Positions 10,013 through 19,295 of a DNA stretch of 64,000 bases are shown here, in pieces. Numbering within the stretch: position 1 is the stretch's first letter; each line of letters opens with the position of its first letter. A model generated the notes under the pieces. It ran no database searches, was not told the DNA's origin, and was given only the letters and a program-made list of their open reading frames with translations. Position numbers and translations under genes: made by a program. Source of the stretch: Planctomycetota bacterium (GTDB lineage Bacteria > Planctomycetota > UBA8108 > SXIK01); NCBI GenBank assembly GCA_965223265.1, contig OZ244999.1:8992001-9056000 (forward strand). Direction: 5' to 3'.

Positions 10013-10954
10013 GAGTTCCTCAATTCCTTACACCGTATATCCCCGTCAAGGCACTCCACTCGGGAAGCCTTGATCCTCCCAGCTCGTGCGAAGGGCTTCG
10101 ACGAGCTCCGTACTCCGATCAGAAGTGATCTGACCGTCTATCGACGCGGCGTACCGGCAGCGCGCCGCTGGCGTCGTTCCCGCCGACGACAAGCAAAAAC
10201 CCGAAATCGGATCTGGCAACCTGTTGTCTCGAGCTCTCACAGTGAGATCCCAAAGTTGCAGCGCCACCCTTCCTCGACGCCCTTGCAACTCTCCTGGTCT
10301 CTCATGACTCGCCACGGTTCGATGAAACGATACCTGGCGAAGTTGCTCCGACCACCAGTTCCAGCGCCAGCAGAATACTGACTAACCGCGGCGTCTGCAA
10401 GGGGGTGGGCGCGGCGCCACGGTCCGGGCTCTGGACCTGCTCGCGACGAGCTTCAGAGCCCATTTGGCAACCCGTTTCCGCAAGGTGGAGACGACTCTAG
10501 CGTAGCTAAACAATAGATCTCACCGAGGAGCCAAGAGGCCACTGGGGCGGTTTGAAAAAAGGGCCCCGCCACGTCGCTGTCGGTTCGGCGGGAAACCTGG
10601 CGATCGCGACGGAGCCGTCAACTTCTCATTCGCACGGCGATCGTCGGCACGGCTGAGTGCGCGGCGTGGCCGGCACTTGTAGGTCAGCTGGGTCGAGTTC
10701 GGCCGTTGCGATGTCATCGTAGCCATCGAGCGAGACCGTGCTATCGGGAGGTGCCCGACCTGGAGCCTCGCGATTCCTGACGCCTGAGAGCTGCCTGAGC
10801 GACGCCGGTCGTGCACTCGAGGCTGACGATTCTCGCTCGCCGTAGAAGTCCATGGAGGTCGCACGCGTTTGAGGAGTATGCCTGATCTCGGGTCGAGCTG
10901 GCAGCCGCGGCTCCGCCTTCGTTGGCCCCGGGCAGTGTTGGAACGGGCAGCTAG

Positions 10955-11368
10955 TCAATAGGCGTGCAACCGTTCTCGCAGCGCATTGGGATCGCAATCC
11001 TTGAGAACTAGCTCTCCCGCTCCAGCTGCGAGCACGTGAGCGACGAGCCGGGCGTCGGCGAACAACGACAGTGCGATCACCCGCGGTCGACTGGGTGATG
11101 TCGCGACATCTCGGATGACCCCCCGGAGCTGTGGCGACGAGACGTCGATCATCACGACGTCGGGCTTTCTCTCGAGTACGAGCCGGATGGCGTCCTGCGG
11201 GAGTGATCCTTCGCCGACAACGCGCAGTCGGTGATCGAGCTCGATGATCCCTCTCAGGCCGCGCCGGAACACTTCGTGCGGATCGCACAGTACGATGCGC
11301 ACGCCGGTTGGGCGCACGCCGGTTGGGCGCACAGCGGTTGGGCGAACGGAGGTCGGGCGGGCAGACAT
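10955..11368 (-). CDS. stand-alone NarL-type receiver (REC) domain protein without an HTH
   Basis: IVLCDPHEVFRRGL, VVGE, PDVVMID, VIALS, VLKD; ends right after the REC domain. Confidence 0.7.
   Translation of the reverse strand: MSARPTSVRPTAVRPTGVRPTGVRIVLCDPHEVFRRGLRGIIELDHRLRVVGEGSLPQDAIRLVLERKPDVVMIDVSSPQLRGVIRDVATSPSRPRVIALSLFADARLVAHVLAAGAGELVLKDCDPNALRERLHAY
11297..11356 (-). repeat. in-frame 15-bp tandem repeat x4 (encodes (V)RPT[S/A/G]) at the 5' end of the REC gene
   Basis: GCGCACGCCGGTTGG x2 plus two degenerate copies. Confidence 0.8.
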
Positions 11369-11693
11369 CGGGACACCGAAGGGATTGGGCGTGGGAGAAC
11401 GCCGTCGCTGCCCGCCCAAACGATGCTCCAAGCCCGATTCAGATCAGTTGACCACTCCGCCTCGAAGAGAAGAGATGACGCGTAATGACCACGTGTGGCT
11501 GAGCCGCGCGGTTCTCCGCGGCCACTTCTTCGCGTCATTGAGATTGATCGCAGCGTTCTCGCCGCCGACTCTACAGCTCGATCCGTGACGGCGCGATCGG
11601 GGATTGCCTGAACTCACCTAGTGATTCTCCCGACAGCGGACGCAACCAGTCGTCAAGCAGAGAGGGTCGTGTGGCCACCGGTGCGTCGCCCAT

Positions 11694-12347
11694 TCACTGG
11701 TCAAGCGAAGTGTATCCCTCGCGAATGGCGTACTTCGTTAGCTCGGCTATGCTGTTGAAATTGAGTTTCGCCATGATGTGTTGGCGGTGTGTCTCAATGG
11801 TTTTTGCGCTGACTTTGAGATCGAGCGCCGCCTGCTTTGTGGTCTTGCCCTCGGCCAGGAGTTGAAGGACTTCTCTTTCGCGCGGAGTGAGTTGATCGCC
11901 GCCGACATCTCGACCTTGTTCAAGTTTATGCACGTAGTCGTCGATCACGACGCCGGTGATCTGGCCGCTCAGATAGACTTGTCCGTCGAGTACTGAGCGG
12001 ATCGCATCCCGTAGCTCGTCGACAGCACAGTCTTTGAGAAGATAACCCACAGCGCCGGCCTGGAACATCCGGCTGACGTGGCTACGATCGGCGTGCATTG
12101 ATAGGGCGATGACTTTCGTTCGTAGGTCGAGGCCTGCGATCTGTCGCGCCGCCTCGACGCCATTGAGGTCTGGCATGCTGATGTCCATGACGACAATGTC
12201 CGGGTGCAACTCTTCGGTCAACTTGACAGCTGTGCGACCGTCGGACGCTTCGCCGACGACTTCCATGTCCGACTGTTGACTGAGCCAAGTGCGAAGGCCG
12301 TCCCGGACGATTCGATGATCATCGGCGATCAGAATTCGCGTAGCCAA
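11694..12347 (-). CDS. NarL/FixJ-family response regulator (REC + LuxR HTH)
   Basis: ILIADDH, PDIVVMDISMP, GYLLKD, LTPREREVLQLLAEG...KTIETHR. Confidence 0.95.
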   Translation of the reverse strand: MATRILIADDHRIVRDGLRTWLSQQSDMEVVGEASDGRTAVKLTEELHPDIVVMDISMPDLNGVEAARQIAGLDLRTKVIALSMHADRSHVSRMFQAGAVGYLLKDCAVDELRDAIRSVLDGQVYLSGQITGVVIDDYVHKLEQGRDVGGDQLTPREREVLQLLAEGKTTKQAALDLKVSAKTIETHRQHIMAKLNFNSIAELTKYAIREGYTSLDQ

Positions 12348-12655
12348 GTTAGATCTCCGTGTCGTTGTCTACCGGTTCCCTCTAAGCGAACGCCGGCAGA
12401 GGATGGAGGAAGGTCGCCACCGCTTTCGTGCTCTTTTGGTTGAGGGGCGCTGTGCGTGCCTGGGGATTAATCCGCGCGCGAGCAGGCGGCGCGGTGCGGC
12501 GGAACGTGGCGATAGGGTGATGGACGCGTTCTGCTTGGGAGCGCGCGCTTCGTTCCGAACGCCGAAATGTGGTAGAATCCTGTCCACGTTTTAATCTGTA
12601 TTGCGCGGCGACTGCGCCGTCAAGTTTTTCCCCCAGCCGTCAGGGCGAGACCGAG

Positions 12656-13315
12656 ATGCATCACGCCAACGACGAGGATTTGAGGGCGTCAGCGGAGGGC
12701 CGGCAGGTGGATTCTCGTCCTCTGGATCGAGTACGTGAGATCCTGATCGGTTCGCAGATGCGAGCGCAAGAACAAAACTTGGCGCGCTTCGAGGAGAGAA
12801 TGCTGCGTGTGGCCGAGGGTGTGAGAGAGGAGCTGTGTCGTCGCGTTGACGAGCTGTCTCGCCAGATGGCCGATCGAGTGGGGGTGCTCAGGTCTGAATT
12901 AGAGTCGGAGAAAAGCGGCCGCACTGATGCCACGGCGCAGATTCACAACGAGATCGAACAGCTGCAGCGTCTTCATCGCGAGGAAGTGGAGCGACTGCGG
13001 GATGAATCGATCCGGGCTCAGGGCCGATTCCAGGCGGAACTACAAGAGCGATGCGATCAGCTGAGGCGTGAGATTGAAGCGCAGCAGAAACTACGCTTCG
13101 ACGATCAGAGGCAGAGCATCGAAACACTCCGTTTCGACAAAATGGATCGAGTTGAACTGGCAAGTCTGTTGGCGGAGCTCGCTATGCGCCTTGACGAACA
13201 GCCGTTGGGTGTAGACGGTGTCACACCCCGCGTGGTTGAAGGGGATCGAGACGACGTTGGTCATAGCGAAAAACCTGCCGGAACCGAAGATGGTCGTGGC
13301 ATCCATCGACCGTGA
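12656..13315 (+). CDS. conserved coiled-coil hypothetical protein, first gene of the OmpA/small GTPase operon
   Basis: LDRVREILIGSQMR...KMDRVELASLLAELAMRL, with a heptad E/R/Q-rich middle; start set to ATG 12656. Confidence 0.75.
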   Translation: MHHANDEDLRASAEGRQVDSRPLDRVREILIGSQMRAQEQNLARFEERMLRVAEGVREELCRRVDELSRQMADRVGVLRSELESEKSGRTDATAQIHNEIEQLQRLHREEVERLRDESIRAQGRFQAELQERCDQLRREIEAQQKLRFDDQRQSIETLRFDKMDRVELASLLAELAMRLDEQPLGVDGVTPRVVEGDRDDVGHSEKPAGTEDGRGIHRP

Positions 13316-13511
13316 TATTGCGATGCCTACGCCGATCTCGGACCAGTGATGACGCTGCGCGGATTCTCGCCGCGAGTTTCGAATGTCGATTGTGGTTGGC
13401 AAGTTGAAGTATTGACTGAGTCTTTTCGCGACGAGTCGTTTGGCGGTAGGTCGATTGGCCGACTTTCGTAAGCGACGAGAATTGAAAGAAGGATTCTGCG
13501 CGGCGATTGAG

Positions 13512-15851
13512 ATGGTAGAAGACAGTCGATCCAACAACCATCGGTCGAAACCGTCGGCCTCCGAGCAGGCGCCTGTTGACGACGAGATCGAGGAGCTCCG
13601 TTCTTTGCTCTTTCAGGAGGAGCGAAATCAGCTCGATCGTATCTCTCGACGGTTGGACGACCCGCACACTCGTGCGGTTGAAGTCGGCCGCGTTCTTGGC
13701 GAAGCGATCGATCATGGCAAGCGCCACGATGGCCACTTGGCGGAAGTGCTGCAGCCCGACGTCGACCAGGAGATTCGAAAGAGTGTGCGGCGAGACCCGG
13801 ATGTGTTCGCTGACGCGATTTTTCCTGCGCTCGGCCCGGCGATTCGCAAGTCGATCGCGGATTCTCTGCGCCGTCTTGTGCAGGTTTTTCACCAGACGCT
13901 GGAACATAGTCTTTCACCTCGATCACTGCGTTGGCGACTGGAGGCGTTTCGCAGCGGACGGTCTTTCGCCGAAGTCGTGTTGATCCATATTCTGCCGTAC
14001 CGAGTGGAACAGATGTTTCTGATCCACCGGGAATCTGGGCTCTTGCTGCGTCACGAATACGCCGACACCGTCAGCGTTAGAGATAGCGACCTCGTCTCCG
14101 GAATGTTGACAGCGATTCGAGACTTCGCGACCGACTCCTTCGAGCTCGACGACGGCGCATCGCTCGATGCTCTACGGGTCGGCGAACTGACCGTGTGGGT
14201 CGAGAGCGGCCCCGCCGCGATTCTGGCGGCCGTCATTCGCGGTGCACCGCCGCAGGAGCTTCGCGTTCGTTTGCAGGCGACGCTCGAAGATATACACCGG
14301 GAATTCGGCGAACAGCTGTCAAGTTTCGACGGACGTGCGGACGCGCTGCAGACGGTGGGGCCGGCGCTACAAGAGTACATGCTCGAGTCGACACCGGAAC
14401 CGGTCCCGGAGGCCAGACAAGGGCGCGTCGGAAAGGTCGCTGCTGCGATCTGCGCTCTTCTACTGGTTGTTGGTCTCGCCTTTTGGACGTATCGCTCATG
14501 GGATGAGTCGAGGACCTGGGCGAAGTACATCCGAGATCTTGAAGAGGCACCAGGACTTGTTGTTGTGGATCACGGCCGGGACTCGGACGGATACTTCGTG
14601 CGAGGTCTTCGCGACGCGCTCGCCGTCGACCCGGATAAGATCGTGAACGGTGGAATGCTGGCACGTTCTGAGTGGCGTCCGTACTACTCCGTCGAACCGG
14701 AGATTGTCGTCGAAAGGGCGGTTCAGCTGCTCGAGCCGCCGCCAACAGTGACTCTCGACGTCGACGGTGAAACGCTCAAGATTTCTGGACGCGCGCGGTC
14801 CACGTTTATTGAGTCTGCGCGCCGACTGGCACCAACGATCCCAGGCATCGCCCGGGTTGCAGACAGCGAGCTCGCAGTCGTGGATCAGGAGGCGCGGATT
14901 CTCGACGCCGCAAACGGGAAGCTTCGGCCGCCGGAGACGGTCGCGATGTCTCTCGATGGCGGCATACTCAGGCTCCGCGGCAAAGCGCCAGAGCGTTGGA
15001 TCGAATCCGCTGCAACTCTTGCCCGTACCGTCGACGGAGTCGACGACGTTGACTTGAGTGAGCTTCAGATCGATGGACTGAGTGCTCGTCTCTTAGCGCA
15101 GGCGATAACCCTCCTCAAACCGCCCGAAAGCGTCGAGCTGTCGTTGACCGGCGGACGGCTCAGCGCCTCGGGATCGTGTCGCCAGGAGTGGCTCGAGGCC
15201 GCCCGTGCGCTTGTCCGTGTGCTCCCGGATGTTTCTGATTTTGACACAGCCCGGCTCCGCGTGGCGGATATCGACCAGGTGCTTCTAGGTCGCGCCGAGC
15301 TTCTCCTGTTGCCGCCCGAGACCGTGCGATTAAGTGTCGAGGAGCGAGTTCTCAGGATGACCGGAGAAGCTTCCCATGATTGGGCGTCGCGAGCAAAGCG
15401 CTTCGCGGGGCGGATTCCCGAACTCCTCCGCGTCGACGCTTCACGACTCATCGATGTCGATGTGCGTTACTTGATCGCCGCCAAGGATCGAATCGAAAGC
15501 GTACGGTTCAGCTTCGCACGCAACGCGAGCGATCCCTCCGGCACGGCCGCCCAGTCGCTTGCCGAAGTCGCGGTGCGAATCGACGAGGTGCGGAGTTACG
15601 CGCGACGCGTGGGCGACGGCGTGGTGGTCGAGGTCGTCGCCTATACGAACGACACCGGCGACGACGACTACAATCGACGCTTGGCGCTCGCTCGCGCGGA
15701 GCGTATCGTCGATCTCCTGGTTGAGCAGGGCGTTCCTCGAGAACTGCTTTCCGCTCGCGGGCATGGCGCGGCATCTTCCAAGGGTGTGCGCAAGACACGC
15801 CGTGATCGCCGCGCGGAGCTCCGTGTGATCTTAACAAGCAAGACGCCGTGA
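13512..15851 (+). CDS. membrane protein: cytoplasmic helical + longin/roadblock-like domain, one TM, four BON-like repeats, C-terminal OmpA-like domain
   Basis: MFLIHRESGLLL...DSDLVSGMLTAIRDF; TM VAAAICALLLVVGLAFW; four LxPPx(T/S)V repeats; OmpA motif NRRLALARAERIVDLL...DRRAEL. Confidence 0.8.
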   Translation: MVEDSRSNNHRSKPSASEQAPVDDEIEELRSLLFQEERNQLDRISRRLDDPHTRAVEVGRVLGEAIDHGKRHDGHLAEVLQPDVDQEIRKSVRRDPDVFADAIFPALGPAIRKSIADSLRRLVQVFHQTLEHSLSPRSLRWRLEAFRSGRSFAEVVLIHILPYRVEQMFLIHRESGLLLRHEYADTVSVRDSDLVSGMLTAIRDFATDSFELDDGASLDALRVGELTVWVESGPAAILAAVIRGAPPQELRVRLQATLEDIHREFGEQLSSFDGRADALQTVGPALQEYMLESTPEPVPEARQGRVGKVAAAICALLLVVGLAFWTYRSWDESRTWAKYIRDLEEAPGLVVVDHGRDSDGYFVRGLRDALAVDPDKIVNGGMLARSEWRPYYSVEPEIVVERAVQLLEPPPTVTLDVDGETLKISGRARSTFIESARRLAPTIPGIARVADSELAVVDQEARILDAANGKLRPPETVAMSLDGGILRLRGKAPERWIESAATLARTVDGVDDVDLSELQIDGLSARLLAQAITLLKPPESVELSLTGGRLSASGSCRQEWLEAARALVRVLPDVSDFDTARLRVADIDQVLLGRAELLLLPPETVRLSVEERVLRMTGEASHDWASRAKRFAGRIPELLRVDASRLIDVDVRYLIAAKDRIESVRFSFARNASDPSGTAAQSLAEVAVRIDEVRSYARRVGDGVVVEVVAYTNDTGDDDYNRRLALARAERIVDLLVEQGVPRELLSARGHGAASSKGVRKTRRDRRAELRVILTSKTP

Positions 15852-15864
15852 CGAGCTTGCAGCG

Positions 15865-16368
15865 ATGATCCAGCGTAAAGTGTGCTTGCTCGGGGCATTT
15901 GCCGTCGGCAAGACGAGCCTCGTGTCGAGATTCGTTCACGGTTTCTTTTCGGATCGTTATCACACGACCGTCGGCGTCAAGATCGACAAGAAGCTGCTTG
16001 CAGTCGACGGTGAGGACGTTCAACTCATCGTCTGGGACCTTGCTGGTGAGGACGATCTTGTGCCCCTGCGTACGTCGTATCTTCGTGGCGCGTCCGGTTG
16101 CCTCGTCGTTGTTGACGGGACGCGGGGCGAGACGCTCGATGTCGCTCGCGATCTATGTCAGCGCGTGAAGAGCGCAGTCGATGATTGCGAGATCGTGTTC
16201 GTTCTCAACAAGTCGGATCTCAAGGGCGAATGGGAACTAGCCTCGGACGTCCGAGAGACGTTGACGGCGGACGGTTACGACTCGGTCGTCTCGAGCGCGA
16301 AGTCTGGCGACGGTGTAGAAGCGGCGTTCGCGATTTTGGCCAAGAGAATGTTGAGCCGTCGTCCGTGA
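15865..16368 (+). CDS. Rab/Ras-like small GTPase (prokaryotic Rup-type)
   Basis: G1 GAFAVGKTS, G2 TTVG, G3 WDLAG, G4 NKSD, G5 SAK in a 167-aa protein. Confidence 0.93.
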   Translation: MIQRKVCLLGAFAVGKTSLVSRFVHGFFSDRYHTTVGVKIDKKLLAVDGEDVQLIVWDLAGEDDLVPLRTSYLRGASGCLVVVDGTRGETLDVARDLCQRVKSAVDDCEIVFVLNKSDLKGEWELASDVRETLTADGYDSVVSSAKSGDGVEAAFAILAKRMLSRRP

Positions 16369-18062
16369 GAGAGTTGCCCAAAGTCGTGAAGGATTACGTC
16401 GGCGGAAGCGCGACGGAGCGCTGGGCACCGGCCTTTCTCTCGCTCGACGGGCGCGGTCGTGTGCTCAAGGCGGGGGGTGATCTCGGGCGCTACGGGCTTG
16501 GCGATACCTACATAGGAGACGCTGTTGTCGGTCGATTGGCTTGCCTTTTTGGCGCTTTGCCACACGCATCGCCGACAGCACTCGTTCTGCCTCGGGTTGA
16601 GCTTGAGAACGGGCGCTTTGCCGATGTTCACATCTTCACCAGCGACGAGAGCTGTGGCGACCAGGACCGGCGTGGCCAGGACTGGGTCGTGCTTCTTGAT
16701 GCGACGGATGCGACACAAGCTCAGCAACGTCTGCAGCAAAGCTCGAATGAGGCGAGGCTATTGCGGTCGCGGCTGCGAAAGGTGGAAGCGCGAGCTTTAC
16801 ACCCTGTCACGAGTGAGCGGCGTGCGCTCCTGGCCCTCGAGACGGTCGTGTTGGAATCAGTCGACGGCGATGAGTTGATCGCCTGCGGCGCGCTACCAGC
16901 TTGGTTTCGACGTCTCGCGGGGATGGAGAGAGAGTGTGTCCGATTCGACGCGAAGTTTTGGATGCGATTTCCTTTCGTTGAGAATTTCCTCGCCGATGCG
17001 CGCCAGCTTTGGCAGCAGGCTACCGGCGGGCGGCTCGAGTCGGGCCCGTGGGTGGAGGTGTCGGAGAACGGCGAGGAGGTCCTGCTTCATGCTTCTGCAG
17101 TGAGACGTGACGGCGCCCGATTTCTACTGATCGAGAGACGCGAGCGAGACGCGGCGATGCAGCAGCGCATCGTGCAAGCGGCACGGAGTCAACGGCTGAC
17201 GACGCAGAAGGTTTTGGACCGAGAGCAGGAGGCGAATCGCTCCCTGCGCCAAGAACGACGCTCGCTCGAGCGATCTGTCATCGAGCATACTGAAGATCTT
17301 GAACGAATGAACGCTGAGCTTACCCGCGAGATCGTCGAGCGCGAACGTGCCGTGGAGCTATTGATTGAACACCAGGAGCGCCTGCGCTCGCTCGCCCTCG
17401 AGCTGTCGCGAACTGAGGAATGCGAGCGACGTCGGATCGCTCAAGGGCTTCATGATCAAGTCGGACAAACGCTCGCTCTGAGCAAAATGAAGCTGGCGAG
17501 CATGCGGCAGACGAACGACGACGCTGGCTTGATTCAAGAACTCTCAGTCGTCTATGACCTCCTCAGCGAAGTCGTGGAGTTCACCCGATCCCTCACGTTC
17601 GAATTGGGATCTCCCCTTCTCTACGACCTTGGGCTCGAACCGGCGCTCGATGGTTTAGCAGAGCAGATCGCGGCCCAATTCGATCTACAAGTTAGTTATC
17701 GGGATGACAGCGCGCCGAAACCTCTGAGCGAAGAACTGAAGGTCGTACTCTTTCAGATCGTGCGTGAGCTACTCTTCAACATCACGAAGCACGCCAACGC
17801 ACGCAGCGTCCAGATTGCATCGCAGCGGCGTGATACCGACGTCGAGATTCGGGTTGTCGATGATGGGGATGGTTTTGACGTAGGCGCCGTTTTGGCGGAC
17901 CCGTCGCGAGAACGAGGTTTCGGACTTTTCAGTATTCGCGAGCGTCTCAAGTACCTCGGCGGTGAGGTGACGATCGAGTCCGAACCTGGACGTGGAACGA
18001 CCGTCAGCCTCATTGCGCCCCTGGACGGCGAAGGCGATGGGGCATCTCCGCCGCAGCCTTGA
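16365..18062 (+). CDS. cytoplasmic sensor histidine kinase (HisKA_3 + HATPase) with PAS-like N-terminal domains
   Basis: GTG start overlaps the GTPase stop (GTGA); ERRRIAQGLHDQVGQ, ELLFNITKHA, DDGDGF, GFGLFSIRER; no TM seen. Confidence 0.9.
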   Translation: MRELPKVVKDYVGGSATERWAPAFLSLDGRGRVLKAGGDLGRYGLGDTYIGDAVVGRLACLFGALPHASPTALVLPRVELENGRFADVHIFTSDESCGDQDRRGQDWVVLLDATDATQAQQRLQQSSNEARLLRSRLRKVEARALHPVTSERRALLALETVVLESVDGDELIACGALPAWFRRLAGMERECVRFDAKFWMRFPFVENFLADARQLWQQATGGRLESGPWVEVSENGEEVLLHASAVRRDGARFLLIERRERDAAMQQRIVQAARSQRLTTQKVLDREQEANRSLRQERRSLERSVIEHTEDLERMNAELTREIVERERAVELLIEHQERLRSLALELSRTEECERRRIAQGLHDQVGQTLALSKMKLASMRQTNDDAGLIQELSVVYDLLSEVVEFTRSLTFELGSPLLYDLGLEPALDGLAEQIAAQFDLQVSYRDDSAPKPLSEELKVVLFQIVRELLFNITKHANARSVQIASQRRDTDVEIRVVDDGDGFDVGAVLADPSRERGFGLFSIRERLKYLGGEVTIESEPGRGTTVSLIAPLDGEGDGASPPQP

Positions 18063-18155
18063 CGTTTCGACGCCTTCGACGAATTTGAGCATCAGCCCAA
18101 ATCGCCGGTGAACTCGTTCGGCCAGGCCACCGCGAAATGGCCAACTCGAGGTGAA

Positions 18156-18200
18156 CAGCCTGCTGAAAAAGTCAGCTCGAAGCACTTCTTCAACAGGCTG
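18156..18200. mobile_element. internally deleted 45-bp copy of the MITE
   Basis: CAGCCTGCTGAAAAAGT-CAGCTCGAAGC-ACTTCTTCAACAGGCTG flanked by TGAA/TTAA; the right part nearly matches the right end of the 2399-2557 element. Confidence 0.7.
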
Positions 18201-18277
18201 TTAAGATCGCCCAGGTTCCTGTCCGATAACGAAGTGTTGTCGTGCGGCGATGCTTCCCTCGGACGTGGACATAGGCA

Positions 18278-19150
18278 ATGCTGGAAATCGTCAAGGAGAC
18301 CTGGCGCAACCTTTGCCGAACCGGCGATGCACATCGCGGTGTGCCGCCAAGTTTTCTCATCGTTGGCGCCCAGAAAGCGGGAACAACCGCCCTCTTTCGG
18401 TATCTAGCCAAACACCCGTGCATCAAACCCCCGGAAGTGAAGGAGATCGACTTTTTCAGCTGCACGGCTCGTTATAGCCGCGGCGAAGAATTCTATCACT
18501 CTCACTTCCCGGCTGCCTCTTCTCTACCGGACGGAGGCTCGACCTTCGAGGCGTCACCGAGCTATCTCGTCAACGAGTCTGCCCCTGCACGTATCCACGC
18601 CTACAACGCGCGTATTCGTCTCGTCGCGATTCTGCGCGACCCGGTCGAGCGTGCTTACTCGGCATGGAACATGTACGAGGAGAGATTTCGACGCGATAAG
18701 AACTGGCTTAGGGAGTGGACCCGTCGCTGTGAGGGGTGCGCCGCAAGGAAGGGTGTGAGGACGCGCCAACTCACGCGCTTCGACTCCTTCGAGGCGGTCA
18801 TCTCTGAAGAGGAAGAGGCCATCGCCTCGGGCGAGGCGATTGAGGCCCCCGTTCTGCTGCATGGGTTCTATTCCGAGCAGTTGCAGCGCTACTTTGAGTA
18901 CTTCGATCCAAAGCAGATTCTTGTCGTCGAAAGCAGTGCACTCAGGGATGATCCGGTAGAGTGCCTCGGCGAGGTTGAGAGGTTCCTGGCTCTACAACCG
19001 CACGACTGGTCGCAGGAGGACACCGCTCCTGTGTTCGAGGGCACGTATTCTGACCCTATCCCGGAGGCCGCGGCTGCCCGCTTGCGCGAGTTTTATCGAA
19101 CTCACAACGCGGCGCTGTACGAGCTTCTTGGGCAGCAATTCGACTGGTGA
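18278..19150 (+). CDS. PAPS-dependent sulfotransferase (heparan sulfate sulfotransferase-like fold)
   Basis: 5'-PSB loop GAQKAGTT, KEIDFF, EASPSY, 3'-PB LRDPVERAYSAW. Confidence 0.9.
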   Translation: MLEIVKETWRNLCRTGDAHRGVPPSFLIVGAQKAGTTALFRYLAKHPCIKPPEVKEIDFFSCTARYSRGEEFYHSHFPAASSLPDGGSTFEASPSYLVNESAPARIHAYNARIRLVAILRDPVERAYSAWNMYEERFRRDKNWLREWTRRCEGCAARKGVRTRQLTRFDSFEAVISEEEEAIASGEAIEAPVLLHGFYSEQLQRYFEYFDPKQILVVESSALRDDPVECLGEVERFLALQPHDWSQEDTAPVFEGTYSDPIPEAAAARLREFYRTHNAALYELLGQQFDW

Positions 19151-19295
19151 GTCACGATGAGACTGCTCGCAGGCCACGCTCGGGCTGTCCGTCGCTGCCG
19201 CGATTCTTGCCCCGAACGTACGCTCCAGCGGCTGGGTTTGATACAATCTCCGTTCGTTCCTCAACGACGGATCCATCCAGCCGGGAGACTCAACG

